DNA of 64,000 nucleotides from Vulcanimicrobiota bacterium (GTDB lineage: Bacteria; Vulcanimicrobiota; Vulcanimicrobiia; Eremiobacterales; Eremiobacteraceae), in assembly GCA_963812135.1 (NCBI GenBank), contig CAWETU010000005.1, positions 96,001-160,000 of the forward strand. Direction: 5' to 3'. Of this stretch, positions 1 to 10,703 are shown piece after piece. Each line of letters starts with the position of its first letter. Within the stretch, counting starts at the first letter, position 1. The position numbers were made by a program, and so were the translations under genes. The notes under the pieces were generated by a model. That model saw only the letters and a program-made list of their open reading frames with translations. It was not told the DNA's origin and searched no databases.

Positions 1-153
1 CGATTGCAACGTCGCACAACGATTTTCACGAGTCAGCATTTTTGTCGTGCAGGCCCGCGAGACGTGGGCCATGGCCCGCGACTGCGCGCTCGCCGTCGAA
101 CATGCGGCAGTGCGCATCTGATGAGCGCGTTGTGAACGCGTAGGAGGTATATC

Positions 154-606
154 ATGTCAGTCTTTCGTTCGTTGTTCGTCCCCATTGACGGTTCGGAGCC
201 GTCAGACGCCGCAACCGCGCTGGCGCTCAAGCTTGCGGCCGACCAGAACGCCGCCATGACCTTCGTCAATGTCGTTGAGGTTGACAAGGTGCTCGCCTCG
301 GTGCTCCCCGGCCAAGGATACTCCGACCCAGCGCCGGCCATCGACGCGATGCGCACCGCCGGCAAGGATATGCTCAAGAACGCGGTCAGCCAAGCACAAA
401 GCGCAGGCATCAAAGCGCGCTCGGAGCTCATCGAAGGCAATTGCGTGCCGTGCATCATCGAAGCCGCGAAGACGGCCGGCGCCGATCTGATCGTCATCGG
501 CAGCCACGGACGTGGCGGGTTGACGCGCCTCGTGTTGGGCAGCGTCGCTGAAGGCGTGCTGCGGCACTGCAGCATCCCGGTGCTGATCACGAAAGCGTCG
601 CCATGA
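154..606 (+). CDS. Universal stress protein (UspA family)
   Basis: N-terminal VPIDGSEPS and C-terminal DLIVIGSHGRGGLTRLVLGSVAEGVLRHCSIPVLI Usp motifs; AGGAGGT RBS just upstream. Confidence 0.95.
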   Translation: MSVFRSLFVPIDGSEPSDAATALALKLAADQNAAMTFVNVVEVDKVLASVLPGQGYSDPAPAIDAMRTAGKDMLKNAVSQAQSAGIKARSELIEGNCVPCIIEAAKTAGADLIVIGSHGRGGLTRLVLGSVAEGVLRHCSIPVLITKASP

Positions 607-1646
607 AGACGTTCGTGATGAAAGAGATCGGCAAAGTCGGATTTGCCGAAAAACCCAAGCCGCAAGCGGGTCCCAACGACGCTATCGTGCGCACCACCGC
701 GGCCTTGATCTGCACGTCCGATTCGCACACCGTGCGCGGCGCGATCGGGGATCGTCACAACCTCACGCTCGGCCACGAGGCGGTCGGCGTCGTCGACAGC
801 GTCGGCAGCGAGGTGAAGCTGTTCAAACGCGGCGACCGGGTGCTGGTCGGCGCGATCACACCCGTCTGGGGCGATCTCGCCTCGCAAGCGGGCCATCCTT
901 CGCAATCCGAACAGCCGCTCGGCGGTTGGCGTTTTGCGAACGTCAAAGACGGCGTGTTCGCCGAGTACTTCCACGTCAACGAAGCGGACGCGAACATGGC
1001 GCTCATCCCGGCGAGCGTGACCGACGAAGCCGCCGCCTATTGCGCCGACATGCTCTCGACGGGATTCATGGGTGCCGAGAACGCGGCGATCCCCATCGGC
1101 GGCACCGTCGCCGTCTTCGCGGAGGGGCCGGTCGGACTCATGGCGACCGCCGGCTCGCGCCTGCTCGGTGCAGGGCTCGTCATCGGCGTCGATGCGGTCC
1201 CCGCGCGCCAGGCGCTGGCGCGCTTTTACGGCGCGGACGAAGTGGTCGATGCCGACGGCGCGGTCGAGCAGATCATGCGCTTGACCGGCGGGCGCGGCGT
1301 TGACTCGAGCATCGAAGCGCTCGGCGCTGAGGTGACGTTTCAGAACTGCATCAGAGTGACCAAAGCGGGCGGAACGATTTCCAACGTCGGCTATCACGGG
1401 AGCGGCGATGTGGTCGGCATCCCCCGGGTCGAGTGGGGCGTCGGCATGGCGGAGAAAACCATCCGCACCGGCCTGTGCCCCGGCGGGCGCTTGCGCATGG
1501 AGCGCTTGCTGCGCATGCTCGAGGCCAAGCGTCTCGATCCGACTCGCATGACGACGCATCGTTTTCCGTTCGCCGACATGGAGCGCGCGTTCGAGGTCAT
1601 GGACAAGAAGCTCGACGGCGTCATCAAACCGCTTATCACGTTTTGA
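603..1646 (+). CDS. Zn-dependent (MDR) alcohol dehydrogenase, secondary-ADH-like
   Basis: ICTSDSH and LGHEAVG catalytic Zn motifs, DMLSTG, LCPGGRLRMERL; no structural-Zn Cys cluster; ATGA overlap with usp. Confidence 0.9.
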   Translation: MKTFVMKEIGKVGFAEKPKPQAGPNDAIVRTTAALICTSDSHTVRGAIGDRHNLTLGHEAVGVVDSVGSEVKLFKRGDRVLVGAITPVWGDLASQAGHPSQSEQPLGGWRFANVKDGVFAEYFHVNEADANMALIPASVTDEAAAYCADMLSTGFMGAENAAIPIGGTVAVFAEGPVGLMATAGSRLLGAGLVIGVDAVPARQALARFYGADEVVDADGAVEQIMRLTGGRGVDSSIEALGAEVTFQNCIRVTKAGGTISNVGYHGSGDVVGIPRVEWGVGMAEKTIRTGLCPGGRLRMERLLRMLEAKRLDPTRMTTHRFPFADMERAFEVMDKKLDGVIKPLITF

Positions 1647-1664
1647 AGGCGTGAAGGCCAGCGC

Positions 1665-3521
1665 GTGAAGACCGGGCTCCCGCGCTTCCCGCTTGAGATC
1701 TACATCGCCGCGTTCGCAACGGCGGGCATCCTCGCTAGCCTCGCAATGCAATACGCGCTCGCGCTGCCTCGTTCGCTCACCGTCCTTCCGCTCTACGCCG
1801 TCCTCGTGCTGGGCGGTCTGCCGCTGCTGTTCAAGCTCGGGCGCAAGCTCATCGCGCGCGACTTCGGCTCGGATCTGCTGGCCGGTGTCTCGATCGCGAC
1901 GGCCGTGCTGTTGGGCGAATACCTCGTGGCCTGCATCGTCGTGCTCATGCTGTCCGGCGGTGAAGCGCTCGAGCTCTTCGCCGCGCGGCGCGCGTCGTCG
2001 ATCCTCGCTGCGCTTTCGCGCCGCATGCCCGATATCGCGCACCGCAGCGCCGCCACCGGCCTCGTCGATATCACGCTTGATGACATCCGCATCGGCGACA
2101 GGTTAGTCGTTCTGCCGCACGAGCTGTGCCCGGTCGACGGCGCGGTGCAACAAGGCCACGGCTGGATGGATGAATCCTATCTGACCGGCGAGCCGTATCG
2201 CACGTCGAAGGCACCGGGGTCGCACGTGCTCTCCGGCGCGATCAACGGCGACTCGGCGATGACGATCGAGGCGACGCAGCTGCCCGTCGACTCGCGCTAT
2301 GCCCGGATCATGCGCGTGATGCGCGAAGCCGAAGCGAAACGTCCGCACCTTCGCCGCCTCGGCGACCAACTCGGCGCGTGGTACACGCCGCTCGCGCTTG
2401 CGATCGGCGCAGCCGGCTGGCTGCTGACGGGGAGCGCGAGCCGGTTTCTCGCGGTCGTCGTCATCGCCACACCGTGCCCGCTGCTGCTGGCGATCCCGGT
2501 CGCGATCATCGGCGCGGTCTCGCTCGCCGCCCGCCACGCCATCGTCGTGAGGGACCCGGCTATGCTCGAGCGCATCGGCTCGTGCCGCGCGATCGTCTTG
2601 GACAAGACGGGCACGCTCACGTACGGCAAACCGTCTTTGACCGACGTCATCTGCGCGCCCGGCTTCACGCGCGAGCAGATCCTCGCGCTGGCCGGCAGCC
2701 TCGAGCGCTATTCGAAGCATCCGCTCGCCGGCGCGGTCGTCCGCGCAGCCGACGAGCAGCGCGTGCCGCTTGCTGAGGTCGCGCAGTTGAACGAGACGCC
2801 GGGCACGGGCTTACGAGGCGTCGTCGGCACGGAGACCGTGGAAATCGTCGGCCGCAACTCGGTGGAGCGTGACCGTCCTGACCTGCATGCTGCGCTGCCG
2901 GAACAGAGCGGCGGTTTGGAATCCCTGGTGCTCGTGGATGGCGCGTTCGCTGCAGCGCTGCGCTTTCGCGACGAGCCGCGCGAGGAAGGCGGTTCGTTCA
3001 TCCGTCATCTTCTGCCGCGCCACCAGGTCGATCGCGTCATGATCCTATCGGGCGACCGCGAAACGGAGGTGCGCTATCTTGCGAGCCGGGTCGGCATCAG
3101 CGAGGTCCACTACGGGAAGACGCCTGAGGAGAAGGTCCAGATCGTCGCAGAGCTGAGCCGGCTCGGGCCCACGCTGTTCATCGGGGACGGCATCAACGAC
3201 GCGCCGGCGATGCAAAGCGCGACCGTCGGTCTGGCGTTTGGACAGAACAGCGACATCACCGCGGAGGCCGCCGACGCCGTGATCATGGAGCCATCGCTCG
3301 GCAAGATCGACGAGATCATGCACATCGGCCGGCGCATGCGCGTGATCGCGCTGCAAAGCGCGGTCGGCGGCATGGCGCTGAGCTGCATCGGCATGGGACT
3401 CGCCCTTGCGGGCTACTTGCCGCCCATCGCGGGCGCCGTCGCGCAGGAGGTCATCGACGTCCTCGCAGTGCTCAACGCGCTGCGCGTGGGGTTCCCGTGG
3501 CGCGCTTTGACGGATTTCTAG
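1665..3521 (+). CDS. Heavy-metal-translocating P1B-type ATPase (TPCP, P1B-5-like)
   Basis: LTGEP, IATPCPL, DKTGTLT, SKHPLA, GDGINDAPA and QEVIDV motifs. Confidence 0.92.
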   Translation: MKTGLPRFPLEIYIAAFATAGILASLAMQYALALPRSLTVLPLYAVLVLGGLPLLFKLGRKLIARDFGSDLLAGVSIATAVLLGEYLVACIVVLMLSGGEALELFAARRASSILAALSRRMPDIAHRSAATGLVDITLDDIRIGDRLVVLPHELCPVDGAVQQGHGWMDESYLTGEPYRTSKAPGSHVLSGAINGDSAMTIEATQLPVDSRYARIMRVMREAEAKRPHLRRLGDQLGAWYTPLALAIGAAGWLLTGSASRFLAVVVIATPCPLLLAIPVAIIGAVSLAARHAIVVRDPAMLERIGSCRAIVLDKTGTLTYGKPSLTDVICAPGFTREQILALAGSLERYSKHPLAGAVVRAADEQRVPLAEVAQLNETPGTGLRGVVGTETVEIVGRNSVERDRPDLHAALPEQSGGLESLVLVDGAFAAALRFRDEPREEGGSFIRHLLPRHQVDRVMILSGDRETEVRYLASRVGISEVHYGKTPEEKVQIVAELSRLGPTLFIGDGINDAPAMQSATVGLAFGQNSDITAEAADAVIMEPSLGKIDEIMHIGRRMRVIALQSAVGGMALSCIGMGLALAGYLPPIAGAVAQEVIDVLAVLNALRVGFPWRALTDF

Positions 3522-3528
3522 CAACCGA

Positions 3529-6264
3529 TCAGAGCTCGAGGACAGCGTCCACCATCGAAGCGTCAGGTTCGAAGGCGCTCGTGAAGCCGAGCTCCTTGCA
3601 CACGCGCAGCATCGCGCTGTTGTCGGACAAGATATGGCCGACGATGCGACCAACTCCCTCGGCGCGCCCGATATCGATGAGCCGGCGCAGCAGCTCTCGG
3701 CCGAGCCCGTGGTGCTGAAACTTGTCGGTCACCACGAGCGCAAACTCCGCCTCGTCCCCTTCGTGCGATTTGATCAGCCTGCCCACCGCAACGATCGACG
3801 GTTGGTCCCCTGCCTGGGGCAGCGCGACCAGCGCCATCTCACGATCGTAGTCGATGAAACACGAGCGGATGAGACGGCTGTGCGCGACTCGCGCGTCGAG
3901 ACGCACGACGTGGGCATAGCGACGGTAGACACTGCTCTCCGAGAGGGTCTCGTGGAATCGCCGCAGCAGCGCTTCGTCGTCGGGCCGGATCGGACGGATG
4001 AAGAACTCGGTGCCGTCCTGCGCGGTCCAACGGCCTTCAAATTGCCGTGGATATGGCCGGATCGCCAGCTTCGGCAGCGCGCTTTCGAGCACGGCCGCGT
4101 CATGGAGCACGACGCGCGCGTCGAGCGCGATCACGCCGGCCGCTGAGGCGAGCAACGGATTGATATCGAGCTCCTTGACACGCCGCTGCTCGCTGACGAG
4201 CCTGCTCACGTTCACGAGCGTGCGCTCGAGCGCCGCGATGTCCACCGGGTCGTGGCCGCGCGTGCCGCTCAGCGCGCGGAAGATCTTCGTGCGCTCCATG
4301 AGCTGTCTGGCAAGGGTCGACGTCAGCGGCGGCAGGCCGAGCGCGCGGTCCTTGAAGACCTCGACCAATGTGCCGCCGAGGCCGAATAAGAGCACGGGAC
4401 CGAACTGGACGTCGACGCTCGAACCGACGATCAGCTCGTATCCCTCGCGCCGGATCATCGGCTGGACGGTCACGCCCTCGAAGGCGTTCGGTCCGCCCGC
4501 GTCGCGCGCCGCGCGTTCGATGGCGGTGTACGCCGCTGCAGCTGCCGCTTCGTCGACAATGTCGAGGGCAACGCCGCCGACGTCGCTCTTGTGCGATATT
4601 ACGTGCGAGTGCAGTTTGATGGCAACGGGGAAACCCATCGAGCGCGCAGTGGCCGATGTCTCGAGCGCCGACGTGGCGAGCGTCGTGGGCACCGTTGGAA
4701 TGCTGTAGGCGGCGAATAGCGATTTCGCCTCGATCTCCGCCAACAGCGTCCGCCCCTGATCCGTTGCTGCCGCGATGATCTCTCGCGCGCGCCGGCGATC
4801 GATGCCCTTCTCTTCCTGCTCGACGGGCGTCTCGTAGAGGCTGCGCAGCGTGTCGTCGTAGCGCCACATGTAGTTGAACATGCGGCTCGCGGTGTCAGGG
4901 TACGGCACGGTTGGGATGCCGGCTTTGCGCAAGCGCTCGTCGCCGCTCGACGAACTGCGGCCGCCCAGCCAGCTCGCGAGCACCGGCTTTGCGGGCACGT
5001 GCGCGTACGGTGCGAGCGCGCGCGCGATGTCGTCCGACTCGGAGACGCCCTGGGGCGCGAAAATGACGAGCACGCCCTCGACGCCGTCGTCGGCGCTGAT
5101 CGTTTCCATGGCGGTCGCGTAGCGGCGCGCGTCGGCGTCGCCGAGGATGTCGACCGGATCGTTGCGGCTCCATGCGGGCGGCAGGAACGATGAGAGATGC
5201 TGCATGGTCGCGGAACCAAGCTGCGCGACAACACCACCGCCCTCGACGAGCGCGTCGGCGGCCAGCACGGCAGGTCCGCCGGCGTTCGTCAGGATCGCGA
5301 GCCGTTTGCCGCGCGGCCGCGGCTGGCGCTCGAGCACTTCGGCCATGAGGAACAGATCTTCGATGGCGTCGACGCGCAGCACGCCGCAGCGCGAGAACGC
5401 CGCATCGAGCACCGCGTCGCTGCCGGTCAACGCGCCCGTATGCGATGCCGCGGCCGCCGCGCCCGCGTCGCTGCGTCCGGCTTTGATGACGATGATCGGC
5501 TTGACCAACGCGACCTCGCGCGCCGCCGACATGAACGAGCGCGCATCGCCGACCGATTCCATGTACGCGATGATGCTCTTCGTCTGCGGATCGTCGCCGA
5601 GATAATAAAGGATGTCCGCCCAGCCGACGTCGAGCATCGAACCGACCGACACGAACCGGCTGAAGCCGAAGTCTTGGTCGAGACTCCAGTCCAGGATCGC
5701 GCTGCCCAAAGCGCCGCTCTGGCTGGCGAACCCCAAGCTGCCTGGCCGGGCCGGCGCCCGCGAGAACGTCGCATTGAAACCCTTGCCGGGCGACATCACG
5801 CCGAAGCAGTTTGGACCGATGACGCGGATGCCGCTCGCGCGCACCGTCTTCTCTATGCGCTGTTCGAGCTCAACGCCGGCCGGGCCGATCTCGCGGAACC
5901 CTGCCGAGATGATGATCGCGCCGCGCACGCCCGCCGCGACGCACTCTTCCACGACCGACGGAACGCTGGGCGCGGGCGTGATGATGATCGCGACGTCGAC
6001 ATGCGCACGGATCGCGCCGACGCTCGGATAGGAAGGCCTGCCAAGCACCGTCCGCTGCGCCGGGTTTACCGCGAAGACATCGCCGGAAAACGTGCCGTCG
6101 GTGAGATTTTCGAACACGCGCCGTCCCACGCGGCCGGCGCGCTCGGTCGCGCCGATCACGGCGACCGATTTCGGCTCGAACAGCGTCTCGAGCGGTTGTG
6201 CACGCACGCGTGTGACATCATGCACGGGTTCGGCGAGCGACGGCTGCACGGGATCAGGCGGCAT
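3529..6264 (-). CDS. NDP-forming acyl-CoA ligase-like domain fused to C-terminal GNAT (Pat/PatZ-type protein lysine acetyltransferase)
   Basis: [30 protein letters not shown]-grasp [19 protein letters not shown] with IRPIRPDD and FQHHGLG. Confidence 0.9.
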   Translation of the reverse strand: MPPDPVQPSLAEPVHDVTRVRAQPLETLFEPKSVAVIGATERAGRVGRRVFENLTDGTFSGDVFAVNPAQRTVLGRPSYPSVGAIRAHVDVAIIITPAPSVPSVVEECVAAGVRGAIIISAGFREIGPAGVELEQRIEKTVRASGIRVIGPNCFGVMSPGKGFNATFSRAPARPGSLGFASQSGALGSAILDWSLDQDFGFSRFVSVGSMLDVGWADILYYLGDDPQTKSIIAYMESVGDARSFMSAAREVALVKPIIVIKAGRSDAGAAAAASHTGALTGSDAVLDAAFSRCGVLRVDAIEDLFLMAEVLERQPRPRGKRLAILTNAGGPAVLAADALVEGGGVVAQLGSATMQHLSSFLPPAWSRNDPVDILGDADARRYATAMETISADDGVEGVLVIFAPQGVSESDDIARALAPYAHVPAKPVLASWLGGRSSSSGDERLRKAGIPTVPYPDTASRMFNYMWRYDDTLRSLYETPVEQEEKGIDRRRAREIIAAATDQGRTLLAEIEAKSLFAAYSIPTVPTTLATSALETSATARSMGFPVAIKLHSHVISHKSDVGGVALDIVDEAAAAAAYTAIERAARDAGGPNAFEGVTVQPMIRREGYELIVGSSVDVQFGPVLLFGLGGTLVEVFKDRALGLPPLTSTLARQLMERTKIFRALSGTRGHDPVDIAALERTLVNVSRLVSEQRRVKELDINPLLASAAGVIALDARVVLHDAAVLESALPKLAIRPYPRQFEGRWTAQDGTEFFIRPIRPDDEALLRRFHETLSESSVYRRYAHVVRLDARVAHSRLIRSCFIDYDREMALVALPQAGDQPSIVAVGRLIKSHEGDEAEFALVVTDKFQHHGLGRELLRRLIDIGRAEGVGRIVGHILSDNSAMLRVCKELGFTSAFEPDASMVDAVLEL

Positions 6265-8887
6265 GAGCGCTCCGCCGATGGTGCCACATGTAGCGCGATG
6301 TCACGCGATGTAGCCGGCGATGCGGGTGATGCAGCACGGGTACGGGCGCAGGAGCGCTTCCCAAGGCGTGGCGATAGAACACGCTCTTGCCGGCCTCGAC
6401 AAGCGCGAAGTACGCCGTGACGATGAGCAGCATCAACACCGAGAAGAGGGCGAGCGGGAGCTGCGTGAAGCCGAACACCGATGCGAACGGGGTGAATGGC
6501 AGGGCGGCACCGGCGATGCCGACGATCAGAGTCGTGGCGGCCAGCGGCACGCTTGGCCGGCTGCGCCAGAAGGGCACGCGCCGCGTGCGGATCGCGAAGA
6601 TCACCAGCGTTTGGGTCAGGAAATTCTCCACGAAGAAACCTGAACGGAACAGCGTCGGCCCCGAATGGAAGACCCACAGCATCATGCCGAAGATCGCGAA
6701 ATCGAAGAGCGAGTTGATCGGGCCGAAGAACAGCATGAAGCGCCGGATCAGACGCATGTCCCAGCGCGCCGGGCGTTGCAACAGCTCAGGATCGACGTTG
6801 TCGGTAGGAATCGTCATCTCGCTCACGTCGTAGAGCAGATTGTTGAGGAGGATCTGCGATGGCAGCATGGGCAGGAACGGCACGATCAATGAAGCGACCG
6901 ACGTGCTCACCATGTTGCCGAAATTCGATGACGTGCCCATCAGCACGTACTTGATCGTGTTGGCGAAGATGCGCCGGCCCTCGACGACGCCGTCAGCGAG
7001 GATCCCAAGGTCTTTGGTGAGCAGCACGATATCCGCCGCATCTTTGGCGACGTCAGCACCCGTGTCGACCGAGATGCCGACATCGGCGTCGTGGAGCGCG
7101 ACCGCGTCGTTGACGCCGTCGCCGAGGAAACCGACATCGACGCCGAGCGAGCGTTGCGCCCGGATGATGCGCGATTTCTGCTCCGGCGCGATGCGCGCGA
7201 AGACGGTCGTGTGCGGCAAGGCGTCGATCAGCTGCTCATCGCTCATCGCGTCGAGCTGCGCGCCGGTCAGGGTCCCTTCCACTGCGAGCCCGAGCGCCGC
7301 GCACACTTTTTGGGCCACGCGCTCGTTGTCGCCGGTCACGATCTTGACCTCGATGTTCAGGTCGCGTAAGCGGCGCAGCGCCTGTGCCGCGTCTGTCTTC
7401 GGGGGATCAGTGAATACGAGCAGTCCCGCGGGCGTCAAATCGCACTCGTCTTGCGGTCGCAGCTCGTGCATACCGGACGCATCGCGCGTCGCGACCGCGA
7501 TGACGCGAGCGCCTGCCGCGAACTGCGCGTCGAGCGCCGCGGACAAGGCGGCGGGGACCTGCGTGCAGCACGCGAGCACCGATTCAGGCGCGCCTTTGAC
7601 GACGATCGTCCGCTTGCCTGAAGCGTCTTCCACCAACACCGTCATGCGGCGCCGGGCGTAGTCGAACGGCAACTGCGCGACCTGACTGATCTTCTCGTCC
7701 TTGAAGCGCGCGCGGTCCGGCGCGTCGAGCAACGCGCGATCGAGCGGGTTGCCGCCGAGCGCGCCCTGTGCGCTAGCGACGGCCGAATTGCAGAGCAGAC
7801 CGTACCGCAAGACATCGGGCGATGGCTTCCCCGACGCGTCGAGCCCCGCCGAGAATTCGATGCGCCCCTCGGTGAGCGTCCCGGTCTTGTCGGTGAACAG
7901 GACCTCGATGTTGCCGAAGTCCTCAATGCTGACGAGGCGCTTGACGACGACGGATTTGCGCGCCATGCGTTGCGCGCCGGTGGAGAGGCTGATCGTGACG
8001 ATCGCGGGCAGCAACTGCGGCGTCAGACCGACGGCGATCGCCAATGCGAACAGCAACGACTCGAACAGCGGATGGTGGAGCAACGCATTGAGGACGAAGA
8101 TAGAGACGGTCAACACCACCGTGACCTGCACGAGCAACGCCGAGAAGTCGTGCAGTCCGCGTTCGAACGATGTCACCGGCGGCCGCCCGCCAAGCGTGCG
8201 GGCGATCGAGCCGAGCACGGTGGACGGGCCTGTTCGCACGACGACGCCGCGCCCCGTGCCCGCGCGCACGAGCGTGCCCATGAACGCACAGGATGGCAGG
8301 TCGAGTCCTTGAGGAGGTGCTGCGAGTGCGCCGGCGGACTTGTCGGCCGGCAGCGATTCTCCCGTCAACACCGCCTCGTCGCACTCGAGCTCGCTCGCCT
8401 GCAGGAGCCGCAGGTCGGCGGGCACCATCGCGCCGGTGTCGAGCTCGACGACATCTCCCGGCACGAGCGTTTCGACCGGGCGCGCCGTCGCGCTGCCGTC
8501 ACGGATCACTACTGCTTCATGGCTCACGCGCGAATGGAGATCTTCGATGGCCCGCTCGGACCGGTATTCGTTGAACGCGCCAAGTCCGACCGACAGCGCT
8601 ACGATGGCGAGGATGATGGCGGCATCCGTCTGCTCGCCGAACACGATCGAGAGTGCTGCCGCGAATGCGAGCAGCAAGAGCAACGGATTGCGGAACTGGC
8701 GCGCGAGCGTCACTAGCAGATTCGCGCCGCGCACGCGCAGCGAATTGGGACCGACCAAAGCGAGGCGCCGGCTTGCCTCTACGGCGCTCAGACCTTCGGG
8801 CGCCGTCTCGAGCTGCGCGACGGCCGCAGCCGGCGGCATTTGCGCGGCCTGCGCGAGCGTAAGATCTTTCCAGGGTGCCGCCTTCAT
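6254..8887 (-). CDS. mgtA: Magnesium-translocating P-type ATPase
   Basis: [36 protein letters not shown] and LLNNLLYD motifs typical of P3B ATPases. Confidence 0.88.
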   Translation of the reverse strand: MKAAPWKDLTLAQAAQMPPAAAVAQLETAPEGLSAVEASRRLALVGPNSLRVRGANLLVTLARQFRNPLLLLLAFAAALSIVFGEQTDAAIILAIVALSVGLGAFNEYRSERAIEDLHSRVSHEAVVIRDGSATARPVETLVPGDVVELDTGAMVPADLRLLQASELECDEAVLTGESLPADKSAGALAAPPQGLDLPSCAFMGTLVRAGTGRGVVVRTGPSTVLGSIARTLGGRPPVTSFERGLHDFSALLVQVTVVLTVSIFVLNALLHHPLFESLLFALAIAVGLTPQLLPAIVTISLSTGAQRMARKSVVVKRLVSIEDFGNIEVLFTDKTGTLTEGRIEFSAGLDASGKPSPDVLRYGLLCNSAVASAQGALGGNPLDRALLDAPDRARFKDEKISQVAQLPFDYARRRMTVLVEDASGKRTIVVKGAPESVLACCTQVPAALSAALDAQFAAGARVIAVATRDASGMHELRPQDECDLTPAGLLVFTDPPKTDAAQALRRLRDLNIEVKIVTGDNERVAQKVCAALGLAVEGTLTGAQLDAMSDEQLIDALPHTTVFARIAPEQKSRIIRAQRSLGVDVGFLGDGVNDAVALHDADVGISVDTGADVAKDAADIVLLTKDLGILADGVVEGRRIFANTIKYVLMGTSSNFGNMVSTSVASLIVPFLPMLPSQILLNNLLYDVSEMTIPTDNVDPELLQRPARWDMRLIRRFMLFFGPINSLFDFAIFGMMLWVFHSGPTLFRSGFFVENFLTQTLVIFAIRTRRVPFWRSRPSVPLAATTLIVGIAGAALPFTPFASVFGFTQLPLALFSVLMLLIVTAYFALVEAGKSVFYRHALGSAPAPVPVLHHPHRRLHRVTSRYMWHHRRSAHAA

Positions 8888-8917
8888 CGCGCGCTAGCGT
8901 TTCGGCTTCATAAGAGA

Positions 8918-8963
8918 AGCTCCCGGCCGCCGAATTTTCGTTCTGGTTCGGCGGCCGAGAGCT
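8918..8963 (-). terminator. Probable intrinsic terminator after the cupredoxin/cytochrome-porin genes
   Basis: Perfect 11-bp inverted repeat CGGCCGCCGAA/TTCGGCGGCCG (8924-8957), extendable by AGCTC/GAGCT, followed on the minus strand by TTCTCTT. Confidence 0.55.
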
Positions 8964-9014
8964 GTGCGCCGCGTCGTGGGTGCGGCGGGGAGGTTGCGTT
9001 TGTGAAAACGCCGC

Positions 9015-10202
9015 CTATCTTGACAGGCCCTTCATGTTGCCCAGTGTGGTGTTCCAGAGCAACTGGGCGCGCCAGCCTGGAGCCGTCGATCCGGAGACCA
9101 TGTTCACCTCGCCGTTGAGCATCAACGCGTTGGCGTTATTCGATGCGACGTGGCGCGAGAGCATGACGCCGAGATCGACGTAACCATAGTGGAACATCGT
9201 GCCGAGCCCATCGTTGGTCATCTCGTAGCGGCCGCCCAGCATGACTTTGCTGTCGAGGAACGGTTGGAAGACGTCAATCGTATAGCCGGAGCTGGAGGCC
9301 GGGCCGAATCCAGGGCCTGCGTTCGCGTCGTGGTTGCTCGAGTACATCGCGAACAATCCTGGCAAGCCGTGCTGCGGATCCATCTCCACGTATGGTGTGA
9401 TCGAGTTGTATTGGTCGAACGTCCCGTCCGATAGCGGCCACGAGCCGCTCGCGCCGTACACGCCGGCCTCGAATGGCTTGTCGGGCCGTGCGTACGCCGC
9501 GCGGTATTGGAACGTCTTGTCCGTCGGCGTCGTGAAGTCGAACGCGCTGTTCAAGTCGCCGCCGGGACCGGTGTATGCGCCTTCCACGACGTACCCCGGC
9601 CGGACATAGCCTAGTTTCACGCCCCAGCGGTTGGCGTCGAGCTGATACGCGTGTTCGCCGACGGTGATCTCCGGCGGCGCGAACGGTGAAAGCTCGAACC
9701 ACATGCTGAACGGCGAAGGCGCGGGGACTTCGAGCTTACCGACGGTGAGGTGCGCATCGCGGTGCAACAGGTTGTTGTAGGTGAGCCAAAGCGTGTCCGT
9801 GCCGCCGGGTTCATTGCCCTGCACGATCCACTGCTGCGCGTGCACCGTTATGTCGCTGCCGAGATATCCGGCCGCCTGTATGTTGATGTTCCCGAGCTGG
9901 ATCTTGCCGGGGTACGTGGAGTCTTGGGTGTCCTGGAAGGCCGCCATCTGGACCCACAGCGGATTGACGCCGTGCATGACGGTTGAGTCGAGCGACGCGT
10001 AACCCGTCCGCTGGACGTAGCGGCCGTACGCGTTGAGCGCCGGGATGTTCGCGTGGCATACTTCGCAATTGATGCCGTAGGCCTGCGCGAAGGGCGGCAT
10101 GGCTTGCGTTGGCCGCATGCTCTCGAGCACGACGGCGATGGCCACCACGGCGCCGACGATGAGGACCGTCGCGCGGACGGTCCCCCTGACGTGGGCCTTC
10201 AC
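9015..10202 (-). CDS. Cyc2-like monoheme cytochrome c fused to a predicted beta-barrel porin
   Basis: Signal peptide, then MPPFAQAYGINCEVCHANIPALNAYGRYVQRTGY with a single CxxCH, followed by amphipathic beta-strand-like sequence. Confidence 0.7.
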   Translation of the reverse strand: MKAHVRGTVRATVLIVGAVVAIAVVLESMRPTQAMPPFAQAYGINCEVCHANIPALNAYGRYVQRTGYASLDSTVMHGVNPLWVQMAAFQDTQDSTYPGKIQLGNINIQAAGYLGSDITVHAQQWIVQGNEPGGTDTLWLTYNNLLHRDAHLTVGKLEVPAPSPFSMWFELSPFAPPEITVGEHAYQLDANRWGVKLGYVRPGYVVEGAYTGPGGDLNSAFDFTTPTDKTFQYRAAYARPDKPFEAGVYGASGSWPLSDGTFDQYNSITPYVEMDPQHGLPGLFAMYSSNHDANAGPGFGPASSSGYTIDVFQPFLDSKVMLGGRYEMTNDGLGTMFHYGYVDLGVMLSRHVASNNANALMLNGEVNMVSGSTAPGWRAQLLWNTTLGNMKGLSR

Positions 10203-10555
10203 GGTTTCACTTCAACGGTGAGCACCATGTCCCCGTGACCGCTGCCGCATGGGATGCTGCAGTGGATCTTGTATGTGCCGGCTTTCTTCGGCGTCACGCT
10301 AACGTCGACGAACTTGCCGGGCATGATCGTCGTTTGCGCGATTCCCAAATCATCTGACTGCAGACCATGGACGCCTTCGGACGACGTGATGTGCAAGACG
10401 GTGGTCTCGCCCACGTGCATCTCGATCGTGCCAGGTGTGAATTTCCAATTCGCTGCCACCACGTCGACCGTCGGATGGGCCATGACGGGTGCCGCGATGA
10501 ATAGGACGACAACGCCGGCCAGAACTGCCAAGCGTTGTGATGCTGTCATTAACAT
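10199..10555 (-). CDS. Exported cupredoxin with CuA-type motif (CoxB-like soluble domain)
   Basis: Signal peptide ending VMA; WKFTP, GVHGL and CSIPCGSGHGDM; overlaps next gene start (GTGA); GGAGG RBS. Confidence 0.85.
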   Translation of the reverse strand: MLMTASQRLAVLAGVVVLFIAAPVMAHPTVDVVAANWKFTPGTIEMHVGETTVLHITSSEGVHGLQSDDLGIAQTTIMPGKFVDVSVTPKKAGTYKIHCSIPCGSGHGDMVLTVEVKP

Positions 10556-10602
10556 AGTACCTACCTCCCACGCCTATTGTGCCAGAACCCGCGCCCGGCC
10601 CG

Positions 10603-10640
10603 ATGAGGAGGATGTGAAGCCGAGGCGAAGGCATGTGAAG
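10603..10640. promoter_or_regulatory. Direct-repeat array, candidate response-regulator operator
   Basis: ATGTGAAG at 10612 and 10633, AGGCGAAG at 10623, ATGAGGAG at 10603, roughly helical spacing in a divergent intergenic region. Confidence 0.35.
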
Positions 10641-10703
10641 GCTGCTACAAAGACCGCATTGAAGCCCGCCGCCCACGCGCTTTTGGAGACCAAAACTCGG
10701 CGA

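Noticed and set aside
33..2042. Long antisense ORF of 669 aa, and similar ones (19577-20986, 35991-37334, 58475-59860)
   Set aside because: Shadow frames of recognisable genes in high-GC DNA; Arg/Ala-rich with no motifs
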